NCBI GenBank assembly: GCA_963768055.1
Contig: CAVYGN010000001.1
Location: 192,001-256,000, forward strand
DNA length: 64,000 bases
Reading direction: 5' to 3'
Source of the DNA: an uncultured Spirochaetota bacterium
GTDB taxonomy: Bacteria > Spirochaetota > Brevinematia > Brevinematales > JAOACQ01
Part shown: one piece after another, positions 1-10,512 of the stretch
How the letters are laid out: every line of letters begins with the position of its first letter
Position numbering within the stretch: position 1 is the first letter of the stretch
Position numbers and translations under genes: made by a program
Notes under the pieces: model-generated
Told to the model about the DNA's origin: nothing
Seen by the model: only the letters and a program-made list of their open reading frames with translations
Databases searched by the model: none

Positions 1-1
1 C

Positions 2-505
2 CTTTCCAAAACCGATATACCAATTGTTTATGTGGTTGACTCATATGGGGCAATGTACTCGGAGGATGTTACATTTCTTGTAAAGAAATATTTGAATGCC
101 ATGCCGGGGAAAACAGTGGGCATACATACCCATAATAACAGACAGCTGGCTTTCGGCAATACGATCCAGGCTATCGTTGACGGGGCGAACATGCTTGACG
201 GTTCGGTTTACGGGATCGGCCGGGGGCCGGGTAACTGCTGTCTGGAGCTGCTTTTAAGTTTTCTCCAGAATCCGAAATATAACTTGAGGCCGCTGCTTAA
301 ACTAATTCAGGAACATTACCTCCCTCTGAGGGAAAAGATCGAGTGGGGCTATATAATTCCTTATATGATCACAGGCATGCTGAACGAACATCCCAGGGTT
401 GCAATAGCTTACAGAGATTCACAGGAAAAAGATAATTTTCTGAAATTTTTCGATATGCTGACTACGCCTGAACCTGATGATTTGATCAAAAAACCTAAAT
501 TATGA
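2..505 (+). CDS. HMGL-like (DRE-TIM metallolyase) aldolase, 5'-partial
   Basis: VDSYG, GIHTHNNRQLAFGN and DGSVYGIGRGPGN motifs; the frame is open to the window start. Confidence 0.8.
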   Translation, partial: LSKTDIPIVYVVDSYGAMYSEDVTFLVKKYLNAMPGKTVGIHTHNNRQLAFGNTIQAIVDGANMLDGSVYGIGRGPGNCCLELLLSFLQNPKYNLRPLLKLIQEHYLPLREKIEWGYIIPYMITGMLNEHPRVAIAYRDSQEKDNFLKFFDMLTTPEPDDLIKKPKL

Positions 506-518
506 GTGAAAACGCCCC

Positions 519-1304
519 TTAATTAATCGGAATACCGGAAGCCACCAGAAGGTTCTTGACCCTGTTTACATTTTCCTGGGCTGTCGTGTACGAGGGATAG
601 TATTTAACAGCAATCTGGTAGTATTTATATGCCGTCTGCAGGTCATGAATGGATTCTACGGCCATAGCAAGATTATTATAAAAAACACATTTATCAGCCG
701 GGGGATTATTATTTGCAAAAAAAATCGCGGCTTTAAAAGCGGATTCGGCTTGATTGAAATTAGACATTTTAAGCAGGGTAAGCCCGATGCTGTTGTAAAT
801 ACCCGGATCAGAGGGCAATAGCATAAGAGCGAACTGATAGGATATAAGCGCATTCTGAAAGTCTCCCAGATATTTGTTCTCATCACCTACAATTACGCAC
901 CATCCCGCTGTACGGCCCAGGTTCTGAATGGCCTTGAGAGCTATTTTCAGCCTTTCATTATGTTTACCGGCATTATAATAATATGTGATAAGCCGGTTAT
1001 ACAGGTCACCCCTTTTAGGATTGGCATCTATTGCAGCAAGGAGCCTGTTTTCATCGCTCTGTACCGGCTGGACATCCGGTTTTTTTACAGGCTGTTTGAC
1101 AGGTTCGGTTTTATTTGTCTGAACGTTCGGTTCGGGTTTAACTTCTACAAGAGCGGATGATGACTGCGCCGTTTCATCTTTCGTGTCTTCCTGAATTACC
1201 GAACCGGCGCTGCTTTGAGTTTCAGTTGAATTCGAATCCTGGGGATAAATTCTTATGCAGGGTAATAGCGCCAGAAGTGCGAGAGTAAGAATTGTTTTCT
1301 TCAT
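519..1304 (-). CDS. Exported TPR-repeat protein
   Basis: N-terminal signal peptide, low-complexity linker, several TPR-like helical repeats (e.g. IYNSIGLTLLKM, FYNNLAMA). Confidence 0.75.
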   Translation of the reverse strand: MKKTILTLALLALLPCIRIYPQDSNSTETQSSAGSVIQEDTKDETAQSSSALVEVKPEPNVQTNKTEPVKQPVKKPDVQPVQSDENRLLAAIDANPKRGDLYNRLITYYYNAGKHNERLKIALKAIQNLGRTAGWCVIVGDENKYLGDFQNALISYQFALMLLPSDPGIYNSIGLTLLKMSNFNQAESAFKAAIFFANNNPPADKCVFYNNLAMAVESIHDLQTAYKYYQIAVKYYPSYTTAQENVNRVKNLLVASGIPIN

Positions 1305-1325
1305 AAGAGGCTCCTCTTACTATAC

Positions 1326-1409
1326 TGCCGAAGAGGGGACTTGAACCCCTATGAGATTGCTCCCACTGGATTTTGAGTCCAGCGCGTCTGCCAGTTCCGC
1401 CACTTCGGC
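1326..1409 (-). tRNA. tRNA-Leu(CAA)
   Basis: Reverse complement GCCGAAGTGGCGGAACTGGCAGACGCG-CTGGA-CT-CAA-AA-TCCAG...GGTTCAAGTCCCCTCTTCGGCA; long variable arm. Confidence 0.95.
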
Positions 1410-1420
1410 TGAATAAACAC

Positions 1421-2689
1421 TTATTTTATTTTTATTAACGGCAATTTCGCCTTCGGCTTAAATTCCGCTTTTTTCATAAGAAATTGAAGTGTTGCGTCCA
1501 TCTTAGCCGCTTCGAGTACGTTTTCCCATTCCTCGCGGCTTGATTTTTGTTTGAATTCATCAAGGCTCTGATCATGTTCTCTGGCGTGTGAACGGGCTAT
1601 CTTGTCTATCAAAGCCTGGTCGGGTTTGATGGAATACCTGGTCGAGATATCTTTTGCAGCGAAGTAAAAAACAATATTGTCATAAGTTTTAATTAAAAGA
1701 GAAGAAAATTCCGATTTTATTTTCGAGTCCGAAAGGAGGCCTTTCAGGGATAATTCCGTTACAAAAAAATTATTTTCAAGAAATTTTGAGGCTTCCTCTT
1801 TGGAACCTCTGAGGAATTCCGATTTCGGAAATTCCACTTTTGTTATTTTTGAAAAATATTCGGCAAGCGCGTTTCTCTTGCCGGAGTCGTTTAAACCCGA
1901 CAGTGTCTGCTCAAAACGCTTCCTGACGGCTTCCCTGTATTCGCCGACTGTTTTGTACGATGAAACTTCGGCGACAAGTTCGTCAGTAAGGTTCGGAGGG
2001 GAGGGTCTTTCAATTTTTACAATCTCCCCTTCCAGCTTTTCCCCTTCCAGATTTCCAATGATATCCGCGGTATATGTATCCAAATCGTCGAAATTCAAGG
2101 CTACGATATCACCCGTTTTACCTCCGATAAGTTTTTTCACGATCTTGCTGGAAAAAACAATTTCCTTTTCCCCTGTATAACCTTCGTTCCTTACGCTTAC
2201 TGTCACCATATCGTCTTCTTCGATTTTGCCCTTCACGGTTTCAAGGCTGCTGATCTCTCTTATAATTGTATAATCGATCATCTTATCATCATAATAATAT
2301 TCTTCGAACTCCAGGGCCAGGTTTTCTATATCTATATTTTCTATAACCTGCGGTACCGACTCAAAAACAAGAGAAAAAGAAAAAGGCTGATTTTTAGATA
2401 AATTCTTCAAGGGTTTAAACCGCGGTTCGGAGTAAAGGAGGACTCCGTCTTCATGAAGTTTGTCCGCCGTCTTTACAACCAAAGAACGTATGATCTCATT
2501 CATAACATCGTCAGGGAAATTTTTTTCAATCATATCCAGCGGAACTTTACCGGTTCTATATCCGGGCATCTGGGCTTTTTTTTGAATAGCGGTAAAAGCG
2601 CTTTCATAGGCCTTATCGACTTCTTCACCGTTGAAATGCACGAAAACCTGCCTTAGGCAGTCTTCATATTTCTTGATATAAATTTTCAT
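1421..2689 (-). CDS. tig: Trigger factor
   Basis: Ribosome-binding motif PGYRTGKVP and typical length; start moved to ATG 2689 behind AAGGAG because the longer ORF overlaps tRNA-Gly. Confidence 0.85.
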   Translation of the reverse strand: MKIYIKKYEDCLRQVFVHFNGEEVDKAYESAFTAIQKKAQMPGYRTGKVPLDMIEKNFPDDVMNEIIRSLVVKTADKLHEDGVLLYSEPRFKPLKNLSKNQPFSFSLVFESVPQVIENIDIENLALEFEEYYYDDKMIDYTIIREISSLETVKGKIEEDDMVTVSVRNEGYTGEKEIVFSSKIVKKLIGGKTGDIVALNFDDLDTYTADIIGNLEGEKLEGEIVKIERPSPPNLTDELVAEVSSYKTVGEYREAVRKRFEQTLSGLNDSGKRNALAEYFSKITKVEFPKSEFLRGSKEEASKFLENNFFVTELSLKGLLSDSKIKSEFSSLLIKTYDNIVFYFAAKDISTRYSIKPDQALIDKIARSHAREHDQSLDEFKQKSSREEWENVLEAAKMDATLQFLMKKAEFKPKAKLPLIKIK

Positions 2690-2734
2690 TATTCGAATGG
2701 CTCCTTTATAAAATGAAAAGTCACATAAAAAAAT

Positions 2735-2807
2735 AGCGGGAAACGGGATTCGAACCCGCGACATCTACCTTGGCAAGGTAGCGCTCTACCAACTGAGCTA
2801 TTCCCGC
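2735..2807 (-). tRNA. tRNA-Gly(GCC)
   Basis: GCGGGAATAGCTCAGTTGGTAGAGC...CT-GCC-type loop CCTTGCCAAGG...GGTTCGAATCCCGTTTCCCGCT cloverleaf. Confidence 0.95.
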
Positions 2808-2829
2808 ATATTTTATGAAAACATGCTCT

Positions 2830-2911
2830 TGCGAGTAGAGGGACTTGAACCCACACGCGTTACCGCACCAGATCCTAAGTCTGGCGTGTCTGCCAATTCC
2901 ACCATACTCGC
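2830..2911 (-). tRNA. tRNA-Leu(TAG)
   Basis: GCGAGTATGGTGGAATTGGCAGACACG-CCAGA-CT-TAG-GA-TCTGG...GGTTCAAGTCCCTCTACTCGCA. Confidence 0.95.
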
Positions 2912-2933
2912 GCTTCCCGGAGTTAAATCACTC

Positions 2934-3006
<73 letters not shown>

Positions 3007-3027
3007 ATTATCTATAAACTCGACCTC

Positions 3028-3101
3028 TGCGCCCGGCAGGACTCGAACCTGCGGCCTTCGGATTCGAAGTCCACTGCTCTATCCACCTGAGCTACGAGCG
3101 C
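3028..3101 (-). tRNA. tRNA-Arg(TCG)
   Basis: GCGCTCGTAGCTCAGGTGGATAGAGCA-GTGGA-CT-TCG-AA-TCCGA...GGTTCGAGTCCTGCCGGGCGCA. Confidence 0.9.
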
Positions 3102-3139
3102 TTATAAGCTTTTTCGGCGCCTTTGAGGTGAGCCTTCTG

Positions 3140-3213
3140 GGTGGACAATGGGATTTGAACCCACAGCCCCCGGTGCCACAGACCGGTGCTCTAACCGTTG
3201 AGCTATGTCCACC
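3140..3213 (-). tRNA. tRNA-His(GTG)
   Basis: G(-1)GTGGACATAGCTCAACGGTTAGAGCA...TCT-GTG-GCA...GGTTCAAATCCCATTGTCCACC; encoded G-1:C73. Confidence 0.95.
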
Positions 3214-3219
3214 AGGTAC

Positions 3220-3293
3220 TGCGCCTGACAGGAGTCGAACCTGTGGCCCACAGCTTAGAAGGCTGTTGCTCTATCCAGCTGAGCTACAGGCGC
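3220..3293 (-). tRNA. tRNA-Arg(TCT)
   Basis: GCGCCTGTAGCTCAGCTGGATAGAGCA-ACAGC-CT-TCT-AA-GCTGT...GGTTCGACTCCTGTCAGGCGCA. Confidence 0.95.
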
Positions 3294-3297
3294 GAAT

Positions 3298-3372
3298 TCG
3301 GGGCGAGAAGATTCGAACTTCCGGCCCCCTGCTCCCAAGGCAGGTGCGCTAACCGAACTGCGCTACACCCCG
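3298..3372 (-). tRNA. tRNA-Pro(TGG)
   Basis: CGGGGTGTAGCGCAGTTCGGTTAGCGCA-CCTGC-CT-TGG-GA-GCAGG...AGTTCGAATCTTCTCGCCCCGA. Confidence 0.95.
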
Positions 3373-3409
3373 AAAAACAACAAACCTCCAGTTCAATATT
3401 GGGAAAAAT

Positions 3410-3438
3410 ATTTTAATAGATTTTAAGGGGCATGTCAA
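3410..3438 (-). promoter_or_regulatory. sigma70 promoter of the tRNA-tig operon
   Basis: TTGACA-17 nt-TAAAAT, about 40 nt upstream of tRNA-Pro. Confidence 0.75.
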
Positions 3439-3502
3439 ATTTTAGGGCGCTTCTACCCTTCGGGCCCTTCGGATAGGAAGTAAAGATCAGGCGGGAATCC
3501 TT

Positions 3503-6091
3503 TTATTCGATTGACAACTGCCCGTTCTTTTCAGTTATGTTGATCGTACAGCCTTCTTTAAAGTTGCCGGACAAAATTTCCAGGGAGAGCCTGTCCAGTA
3601 TCAGTTTTTGTATGACCCTTTTCAGGGGCCTTGCTCCGAAATTCTGGTCATAACCGAGTTCCGCCAATAGTTTTTTAGCACTCATAGACACGTTCAGTTT
3701 CATCTTGCTATCCTCAATCCTCTTTCTTACATAAGAAAGCTGTATGTCTACGATTTGAAGTATGTCGCTTTCCGTAAGCCCGTTGAATGTGATGATTTCA
3801 TCGATCCTGTTCAGAAATTCCGGCCTGAACTGTGTTTTGAGCAGGCCCATTACTTCGTCCACAACTTTTTCAGCTTTGGGGGAATTTTGTGAAAATCCCT
3901 TTATCTGCAGGACGTTGGAACCGATATTAGAGGTCATTATTATAATAGTGTTGGTAAAATTGACAGTCCTTCCCTGCCCGTCGGTAAGGCGGCCGTCGTC
4001 CATTATCTGGAGCAGGATATTGAAAACGTCAGGGTGTGCTTTTTCAATCTCGTCAAAAAGGATAACGGTGTAGGGCCTTCTCCTGATTATCTCAGTCAGC
4101 TGTCCCCCCTCCTCGTAGCCTACATATCCGGGAGGCGCGCCTATAAGACGCTGAACCGAAAATTTTTCCATATATTCGCTCATATCCATGCGGACCAGCG
4201 CTTTTTCAGTATCAAATAGAAATTCGGCAAGAGCCTTTGAAAGTTCTGTCTTTCCAACCCCTGTAGGCCCAAGGAACATAAAACTACCTATAGGCCTGTT
4301 TTCCTCCTGGACACCCGCGCGCGATCGGCGGACCGCGTTGGCTACAGCCTGAATGGCGGTTTCCTGGCCGATGACTCTCTTCTTGAGCACCTCCTCAAGA
4401 TGGATCAGCTTTTGCTTTTCAGATTCGAGCATTCTCGCGACAGGAATGCCTGTCCAGTCCGATACTGTTCTGGCAATATCCTCCTCGGTGATCTCCTCCC
4501 TTAGCATGGGTGAATCGCCCTGCATCTCGCGGAGTTTGGACTGCAGTTCTTTTAACTCCTTTTCATTTTCGGGTATGAAACCGTATCTTATTTCAGCCAC
4601 CTTATTCAGATCGCCGGCCCTTTCCAGGCGTTCTTCCTCCTGGTGCTGGCGGTCCATTTCCTGAGTGATGTCCTTGATCCTTCTTATTATACCCTTCTCA
4701 TTATCCCACCTGGTTTTTAATGCTTTAGATTTTTCCTGGAGCTCGGATATCTCTTTTTCGAGTTCTCCCAGTCTTTCAGCGTTTTCAGGCTTATTTTCTT
4801 TGGATAGGGCCTGCTTTTCTATTGAAAAACTGAGTATCTTTCTGTCAAGGTCGTCAAGAAGCTGGGGCTGGCTTTCAATTTCAAGCCGTATCTTCGAAGC
4901 GGCTTCGTCGACAAGATCGATCGCTTTGTCAGGCAGCCGCCTCTCGGTAATATAACGGACGGAAAGGTTTGTCGCGGCGATCAGGGCCGAATCCGCGATC
5001 CGTATTCCATGATGCGCTTCATATTTTTCTTTGAGGCCCCGGAGGATTGAGATTGTGTCCTCAACGGAAGGTTCGTTGACATAGACCGGCTGGAAACGGC
5101 GTTCAAAGGCCTTGTCTTTTTCTATATATCGCCTGTATTCGTCCGTGGTGGTAGCGCCTATTACTTTGATTTCACCCCTCGCAAGGGCGGGTTTGAGCAT
5201 ATTGCCTGCGTCTACAGCGCCTTCAGCATTTCCGGCCCCGACTACGGTATGAAGTTCATCGATGAATAATATGGATTCGCCGTTAGAGTCGGCAGCTTCC
5301 TTTAGAAGCGCTTTAAGCCGTTCTTCGAAATCGCCCCTGAATTTTGTACCCGCGATCATCATTCCGAGATCCAGGGCGAGTATTCTTTTATTTTTAAGGC
5401 TTTCGGGGACGTCACCGGACGCGATACGCCTGGCAATGCCCTCTACAATAGCGGTTTTTCCGACCCCGGCTTCCCCGATCAGTACGGGGTTATTTTTTGT
5501 ACGGCGGGAAAGGACCTGCATTGAGCGGCGGATTTCCATATTCCTGCCTATTACCGGATCAAGTTTTCCCTGCCTGGCCATTTCTGTCAGGTCCCGGCTG
5601 TATTTTTCGAGGGCTTTGTATTTTGTTTCAGGGGTCTCGTCTGTAACTCTCTGATTACCCCTTAAATTTTTAATGGCGAGAAGAATGCTGTCGTAATTGA
5701 GGTTAGCCTGGCGGAACATTTCCTGGAGAGAGGCGTCTTTTGAGTCCAGAATACCCAGGAGTATGTGTTCCGTGCTGATATAATCGTCATGAAGCCTGGT
5801 GGCCTCTCCGACCGCATTTTCAAGGGCTTCGTTAAGTTCTTTTGTCAAATATGTCTGGCCGACTCCAAAAATTTTTGGTTTTCTTTGAAGTCTTTCTTCC
5901 AGAAGGGCTGTAAGTTTTGATAAATTGATTTCTATGCTCTGAAGGATGGGTTTTACCAATCCCTCTTCCTGGTTAAGAAGAGAAACAAAAAGATGCTCGA
6001 CATCTATACTCTGATGATTGTATGAATTCGCCAATTCACCGGATTTTTCAAGGGCTTCCCTGGCCCTGACAGTCATTTTGTTCAAATTCAT
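3503..6091 (-). CDS. clpB: ATP-dependent chaperone ClpB
   Basis: Two AAA+ modules ([16 protein letters not shown]), Clp N domain, coiled-coil middle domain, ~862 aa. Confidence 0.97.
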   Translation of the reverse strand: MNLNKMTVRAREALEKSGELANSYNHQSIDVEHLFVSLLNQEEGLVKPILQSIEINLSKLTALLEERLQRKPKIFGVGQTYLTKELNEALENAVGEATRLHDDYISTEHILLGILDSKDASLQEMFRQANLNYDSILLAIKNLRGNQRVTDETPETKYKALEKYSRDLTEMARQGKLDPVIGRNMEIRRSMQVLSRRTKNNPVLIGEAGVGKTAIVEGIARRIASGDVPESLKNKRILALDLGMMIAGTKFRGDFEERLKALLKEAADSNGESILFIDELHTVVGAGNAEGAVDAGNMLKPALARGEIKVIGATTTDEYRRYIEKDKAFERRFQPVYVNEPSVEDTISILRGLKEKYEAHHGIRIADSALIAATNLSVRYITERRLPDKAIDLVDEAASKIRLEIESQPQLLDDLDRKILSFSIEKQALSKENKPENAERLGELEKEISELQEKSKALKTRWDNEKGIIRRIKDITQEMDRQHQEEERLERAGDLNKVAEIRYGFIPENEKELKELQSKLREMQGDSPMLREEITEEDIARTVSDWTGIPVARMLESEKQKLIHLEEVLKKRVIGQETAIQAVANAVRRSRAGVQEENRPIGSFMFLGPTGVGKTELSKALAEFLFDTEKALVRMDMSEYMEKFSVQRLIGAPPGYVGYEEGGQLTEIIRRRPYTVILFDEIEKAHPDVFNILLQIMDDGRLTDGQGRTVNFTNTIIIMTSNIGSNVLQIKGFSQNSPKAEKVVDEVMGLLKTQFRPEFLNRIDEIITFNGLTESDILQIVDIQLSYVRKRIEDSKMKLNVSMSAKKLLAELGYDQNFGARPLKRVIQKLILDRLSLEILSGNFKEGCTINITEKNGQLSIE

Positions 6092-6121
6092 CAACAGCTC
6101 CCATAAAAATAAGATTTATTA

Positions 6122-6150
6122 AATCTAATTCTTTAAATATAATATGTCAA
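6122..6150 (-). promoter_or_regulatory. Putative sigma70 promoter of clpB
   Basis: TTGACA-17 nt-TAGATT. Confidence 0.55.
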
Positions 6151-6238
6151 GGGGCCGGTCTAAAAAAGCTATGAATAGTATGAATAGTTATTGCTTGGTT
6201 GGCGCAGCCTATTTATAATAAAGGAAAAGGAGGCTGTC

Positions 6239-7051
6239 ATGAAACTTATCGATAAAGTGATTGTAATAACAGGTTCGACACGAGGTTCCGGAAGGGTCAT
6301 TGCCGAGGCTTGCGCCCATGAAGGGGCCAGGGTGGTGATAACCTCCCGAAATGAGCAGGCTGTTGCAGAAATTGCCGGAAGATTAAAAAATCAAGGCTTA
6401 AATGCAATAGGTATATCGGCAGATGTTTCAAATCCGGCAGACCTCAAAAAGTTATTTCAATATACGATCAAAGAATTTGGAAAGATAGATGTCTGGATAA
6501 ATAATGCAGGTTTATCAGGCGGCTACAGATACCTTCATGATTTAACCAGCGAGGAAATATCCGATATTATCAATACTAACCTGACCGGCCTGGTTGATGC
6601 CTGCAGGATGATTCTTGATTATTTCATTAATCAAAAAGGAGGCATACTTATCAATATGAGCGGCCGCGGCGGCCGCAGTGAATCCTCTCCTTATACGGCT
6701 GTATACGCATGTACAAAAGCCGCTATTTCAAACCTGACAAAAAGTCTTGCCGCCGAATACAGAAAATATCCTGTATCTATACACTATGTTTTACCCGGTA
6801 TGATGCAGACTGATTTTTATGTCGATATAAAAGTCAGCCGGGGCTTTGAGAATACTGAAAAAACAATCCGGCTGGTCATGAACGCATTCGGGACCCCGCT
6901 TGATACTGTCGCCAGGCTTTTCGTTAAAATATCCGGCCAGAAACCGGGAAGGTTTACCGGGAAGGCCTATTCGACAATGAACAGTGTAAGGATGTTAATT
7001 GGAATAGGAAAGATGATATGGTACAGGATAACCGGGAAAATAAAAAGCTAG
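6239..7051 (+). CDS. SDR-family oxidoreductase
   Basis: TGSTRGSG, NNAG and YACTK motifs; AGGAGG RBS before ATG 6239. Confidence 0.9.
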   Translation: MKLIDKVIVITGSTRGSGRVIAEACAHEGARVVITSRNEQAVAEIAGRLKNQGLNAIGISADVSNPADLKKLFQYTIKEFGKIDVWINNAGLSGGYRYLHDLTSEEISDIINTNLTGLVDACRMILDYFINQKGGILINMSGRGGRSESSPYTAVYACTKAAISNLTKSLAAEYRKYPVSIHYVLPGMMQTDFYVDIKVSRGFENTEKTIRLVMNAFGTPLDTVARLFVKISGQKPGRFTGKAYSTMNSVRMLIGIGKMIWYRITGKIKS

Positions 7052-7431
7052 GGTATGCCGGAGGGCTCCCCCAATATCCGTTCGATTATTTGAAGTAAAT
7101 CGTCTATATTAAACGGCTTGTACATGCAATCAAATGCTCCAAGTTTCATAGCTTCCGATTCGAATACAAAATTGGGGTCGGAACTGCTGCTGAAAATAAC
7201 GACAACAAGTTCCGGTTTAATTTCTTTTATTATTTTAAGAGCCTCCGGACCCCTCATGACAGGCATATGAACATCCAGAAAAACAATATCCAGGTTATTC
7301 TTTTTTACTATTTCGACAGCTTCTTCTCCATCATGGGCTGTAAAAACTTCAAAACCCCGGGGTTCAAGAATAAAGCGGAATAAATCGCGTATTCCCTCTT
7401 CATCGTCTGCAATTAATATTTTTTTATCCAT
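7048..7431 (-). CDS. Single-domain response regulator
   Basis: IADDE, phospho-Asp in FLDVHMP, KPF. Confidence 0.9.
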   Translation of the reverse strand: MDKKILIADDEEGIRDLFRFILEPRGFEVFTAHDGEEAVEIVKKNNLDIVFLDVHMPVMRGPEALKIIKEIKPELVVVIFSSSSDPNFVFESEAMKLGAFDCMYKPFNIDDLLQIIERILGEPSGIP

Positions 7432-9256
7432 TATATCCCTCTTTTAACGGCAGTTTAATTGTAAATATAGATCCTTTATTTAACACGCTTTCGACTTCGA
7501 TAGTTCCATTATGTTTTTTAATGATCTCATAGCACAAACTCAAACCCAATCCTGTTCCGCTGCCGATTTCTTTCGTGGTAAAAAAGGGTTCAAATATATG
7601 TTTCATTATTTCTTCACTCATTCCTATACCTGTGTCGCTTATTTTGAGTTCTATAAAATTTTTAATCCGCCTCGTTGTTAACTTCAAAATTCCGCCGTCA
7701 GGCATTGCATCCATAGCGTTGTTGCATAAATTTACAATTAACTGCTGTAACTGGTTTTTATTGGCTGTTATTAAAGGCAAATTATCTTGATATTCTTTAA
7801 TAATATCTACGCTTTTTATCTTTCCACGGGCTCCAATAAAAGATAATGTTCCGTCAATTGACTGGTTTATATCGATTTCTTCGGACTTCGTCTTCTCCAC
7901 CCTTGAAAATGTCAATAGATCAAAAATTATTTTCCTGCACCGTACCGCTTCCCGCTCTATCGATTTTAACGGCATATAGAGAGGATCGGTATTTTTTATT
8001 ATTTTTAATATGCTCTGGACAAACCCGAGAATAACCCCCATCGGATTATTGATCTCATGAGCTACGCCGCCAGCAAGCTGCCCGACTGCGGCCATTTTCT
8101 CAGACTGGATCAACTGGAGTTGAGTCGTCCTTAACCTGTCATATGCATCCTGCAATTCCAGGGCTTTTAACTGAAACGCTTCGGTTCTGGCTTTTTCCAC
8201 CGCAAGCTCCCGTTCCCTTTCCTGTAATTGCAATAACTCTCTCATATCTCTGGCAACGCCGACTATGCCTATATAATTTTCTTCCTTATCCATCAGCGCC
8301 GAGCCTGAAAAGCTGACCGGAATGTATTCGCCATTTTTGGTTCTAAAAGAAATTTGCTCATTTCTGAAAGACTCTTCTTTAAATAACATATCCCATTTAA
8401 CGGTGGCCTTTAGTCCGGAGAAAAGCTTTTCAGCCCGGCTTCCGATAATTTCATCCCGCACATAACCGAGAAGGTTCAATACGGCGTTGTTAGTTTCAAT
8501 GATCTTTTCTTCCCTGTCGATAAGGATCAGGGAATCACTCATTGTTGAAAGAATATCAGAAGCCGCATAGGCCGGTGTGAGGGTCATAAATTTTTGAATG
8601 GTTATTGAGTATACTATCCAGGCCGATAGCAAAACTGTTATAATCGGAAGGAAAAGCGGTATGATATTATGAGGCAGTAATATTTCGGCAATTGTCCCAA
8701 TAATGAGAACGACCAATGCTGAAATAATAATCGATTTCACCCGTTTTTTTTCATTAGATTTTCTTTTTTTTGCAAAAATAAGACCCAGTGTCAGAGCAAG
8801 GATCGTAAATAAAACATAATATGCGAAGAAAAGGGGGGGCCAGATCGATGAAGACCAAACGGGAGTCCATCCGTATGTCTGTTTAATTAAGTTATTTGCC
8901 AGATGACCGGTCCACTGCATATATGAGAAAAAAACAGGGAATAAGAATATTAGCGGATAAACGTACCATTTCATGAATTTTTTTTCATTCAATCTTGTTG
9001 AAAAATAAGATAGCAATATGGCGAAAACTGCAAAACTGCACCAGCCGAAAGAAGAAATATTCAGCCATAATATCGCTTTTTTAATATCCGTCGAGTTTTG
9101 TAAAAACAAAGACGTCAAATTCCAGATTGCAAAACAGAAAATAAGTGATGCGCAAGCTCTATTTGCCGCCGCTCTCGGATTTTTTGATAAAATAAAAAAG
9201 ATCAGCCATACGCAGATTAGAAAAGAAAAATAATATGTTAAATAAAAAAGATTCAT
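7424..9256 (-). CDS. 7TM-PAS sensor histidine kinase
   Basis: ~7 TM helices, PAS, H-box GVAHEINNP, N/G1/F/G2 boxes. Confidence 0.92.
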   Translation of the reverse strand: MNLFYLTYYFSFLICVWLIFFILSKNPRAAANRACASLIFCFAIWNLTSLFLQNSTDIKKAILWLNISSFGWCSFAVFAILLSYFSTRLNEKKFMKWYVYPLIFLFPVFFSYMQWTGHLANNLIKQTYGWTPVWSSSIWPPLFFAYYVLFTILALTLGLIFAKKRKSNEKKRVKSIIISALVVLIIGTIAEILLPHNIIPLFLPIITVLLSAWIVYSITIQKFMTLTPAYAASDILSTMSDSLILIDREEKIIETNNAVLNLLGYVRDEIIGSRAEKLFSGLKATVKWDMLFKEESFRNEQISFRTKNGEYIPVSFSGSALMDKEENYIGIVGVARDMRELLQLQERERELAVEKARTEAFQLKALELQDAYDRLRTTQLQLIQSEKMAAVGQLAGGVAHEINNPMGVILGFVQSILKIIKNTDPLYMPLKSIEREAVRCRKIIFDLLTFSRVEKTKSEEIDINQSIDGTLSFIGARGKIKSVDIIKEYQDNLPLITANKNQLQQLIVNLCNNAMDAMPDGGILKLTTRRIKNFIELKISDTGIGMSEEIMKHIFEPFFTTKEIGSGTGLGLSLCYEIIKKHNGTIEVESVLNKGSIFTIKLPLKEGYNG

Positions 9257-9258
9257 CC

Positions 9259-10491
9259 TTAAACCAATTTACCCGAATCGAAAATTTTCACGAATGCATT
9301 TACAGCCGCGGGATCAAACTGCTTGTTGCTGTAAAATATCAGTTTTTCTTTTGCTTCTTCCTTTGTCAAAGCCTTTCGGAAAGGACATTCTGAAATCATT
9401 GCCTCATAAGCGCATGCCACGGCAATTATCCTGGCTTCCAGACTGATTTCATTGATTATTTTACCGTTTATGAATGTTTTTCCCTGATCATGCATTTGAG
9501 AAGACGACCGGATTTTATTTATTTCCCGAACTGAGAGTCCCATTTCTTCGGCTATTGCCACTGCAATTTTTGCAGCATGTTCAGTTGTATAATCGTCTTT
9601 ATCAAATGCCGCACCCGTCAAGGATCCTACGGTCGTTATATATAAAGTATTTAATTCATTAAACAATTTGGCATTTTTAACAGCCAGCGCTATTTGTGAA
9701 GCGAATATGCCGGCCTTTCTCAGGTCGTTTTCTGTAAAATTCTCTACATCTTTAATCCGGTTGATATTGAGAATACCCATCACTTCGGATTTATCGATCA
9801 ACGGTATGACCATTGATGAATTAAAACGCGGATCCTTAACCAGATCCCCATTTAAAAGCAAAGGCTGCTTTTCCTTTACTGCCCAGCCCGCTATACTCTC
9901 CCTGGCTTCCAACCCGGCCTTATTATTGGAGTCTTCGGCAATATCGAAAGAGGCTGCGGCAATATAGAGTTTCTTCTCATCATCAAGCAGCATAAGGGAA
10001 GCGGTATCCGATTTAAGAACCTTCATCGTTAAATTTATCGATATTTTGAAAAGACTTTCGAATTCCAGGGTCGAAAGAATAGCCTTGCTTATCTCATAAA
10101 GAGCTATAGTTTCTTTCAATCTCCTTTTCTCAATGGCATTTTCCACAACAATTGTTATCTCGTCGACGCTATTTGGTTTTGTAATGAAATCGCACGCGCC
10201 TTTCCTCAAAGTTTCAATAGCCAATTCAATGGTGCCGTATCCTGTGCTTATTATTACCTCGATATCCGAGTCAATCTTTTTGATTTGTTCCAGCACAGCG
10301 ACTCCATTCATTTCAGGCATCATTATATCGACAATTGCGATGTCAAATCTCTCTTTTTTTATTCTTTCAATGCCCTCTTTTCCGCTTTGTGCTGAAGAAA
10401 CAAGATAACCCTGCCGTCCCAATTCAAAAGACAGCCAGTCCCGTATTCCTTCTTCGTCATCGATGACCAAAATTTTTTTTTCAAGATTCAT
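9259..10491 (-). CDS. Response regulator with GAF and internally deleted HD-GYP domain
   Basis: REC, GAF-like middle region, MHDQGK...EARIIAVA but no HHE/GYP segment. Confidence 0.8.
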   Translation of the reverse strand: MNLEKKILVIDDEEGIRDWLSFELGRQGYLVSSAQSGKEGIERIKKERFDIAIVDIMMPEMNGVAVLEQIKKIDSDIEVIISTGYGTIELAIETLRKGACDFITKPNSVDEITIVVENAIEKRRLKETIALYEISKAILSTLEFESLFKISINLTMKVLKSDTASLMLLDDEKKLYIAAASFDIAEDSNNKAGLEARESIAGWAVKEKQPLLLNGDLVKDPRFNSSMVIPLIDKSEVMGILNINRIKDVENFTENDLRKAGIFASQIALAVKNAKLFNELNTLYITTVGSLTGAAFDKDDYTTEHAAKIAVAIAEEMGLSVREINKIRSSSQMHDQGKTFINGKIINEISLEARIIAVACAYEAMISECPFRKALTKEEAKEKLIFYSNKQFDPAAVNAFVKIFDSGKLV

Positions 10492-10512
10492 ATGTTCCCA
10501 TCCTTCCTTTAT

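Noticed and set aside
2690..2764. Extended N-terminus of trigger factor
   Set aside because: Overlaps tRNA-Gly; the RBS supports ATG 2689.
3128..3416. ORFs of 74 and 72 aa on the + strand
   Set aside because: Antisense shadows of tRNA genes.
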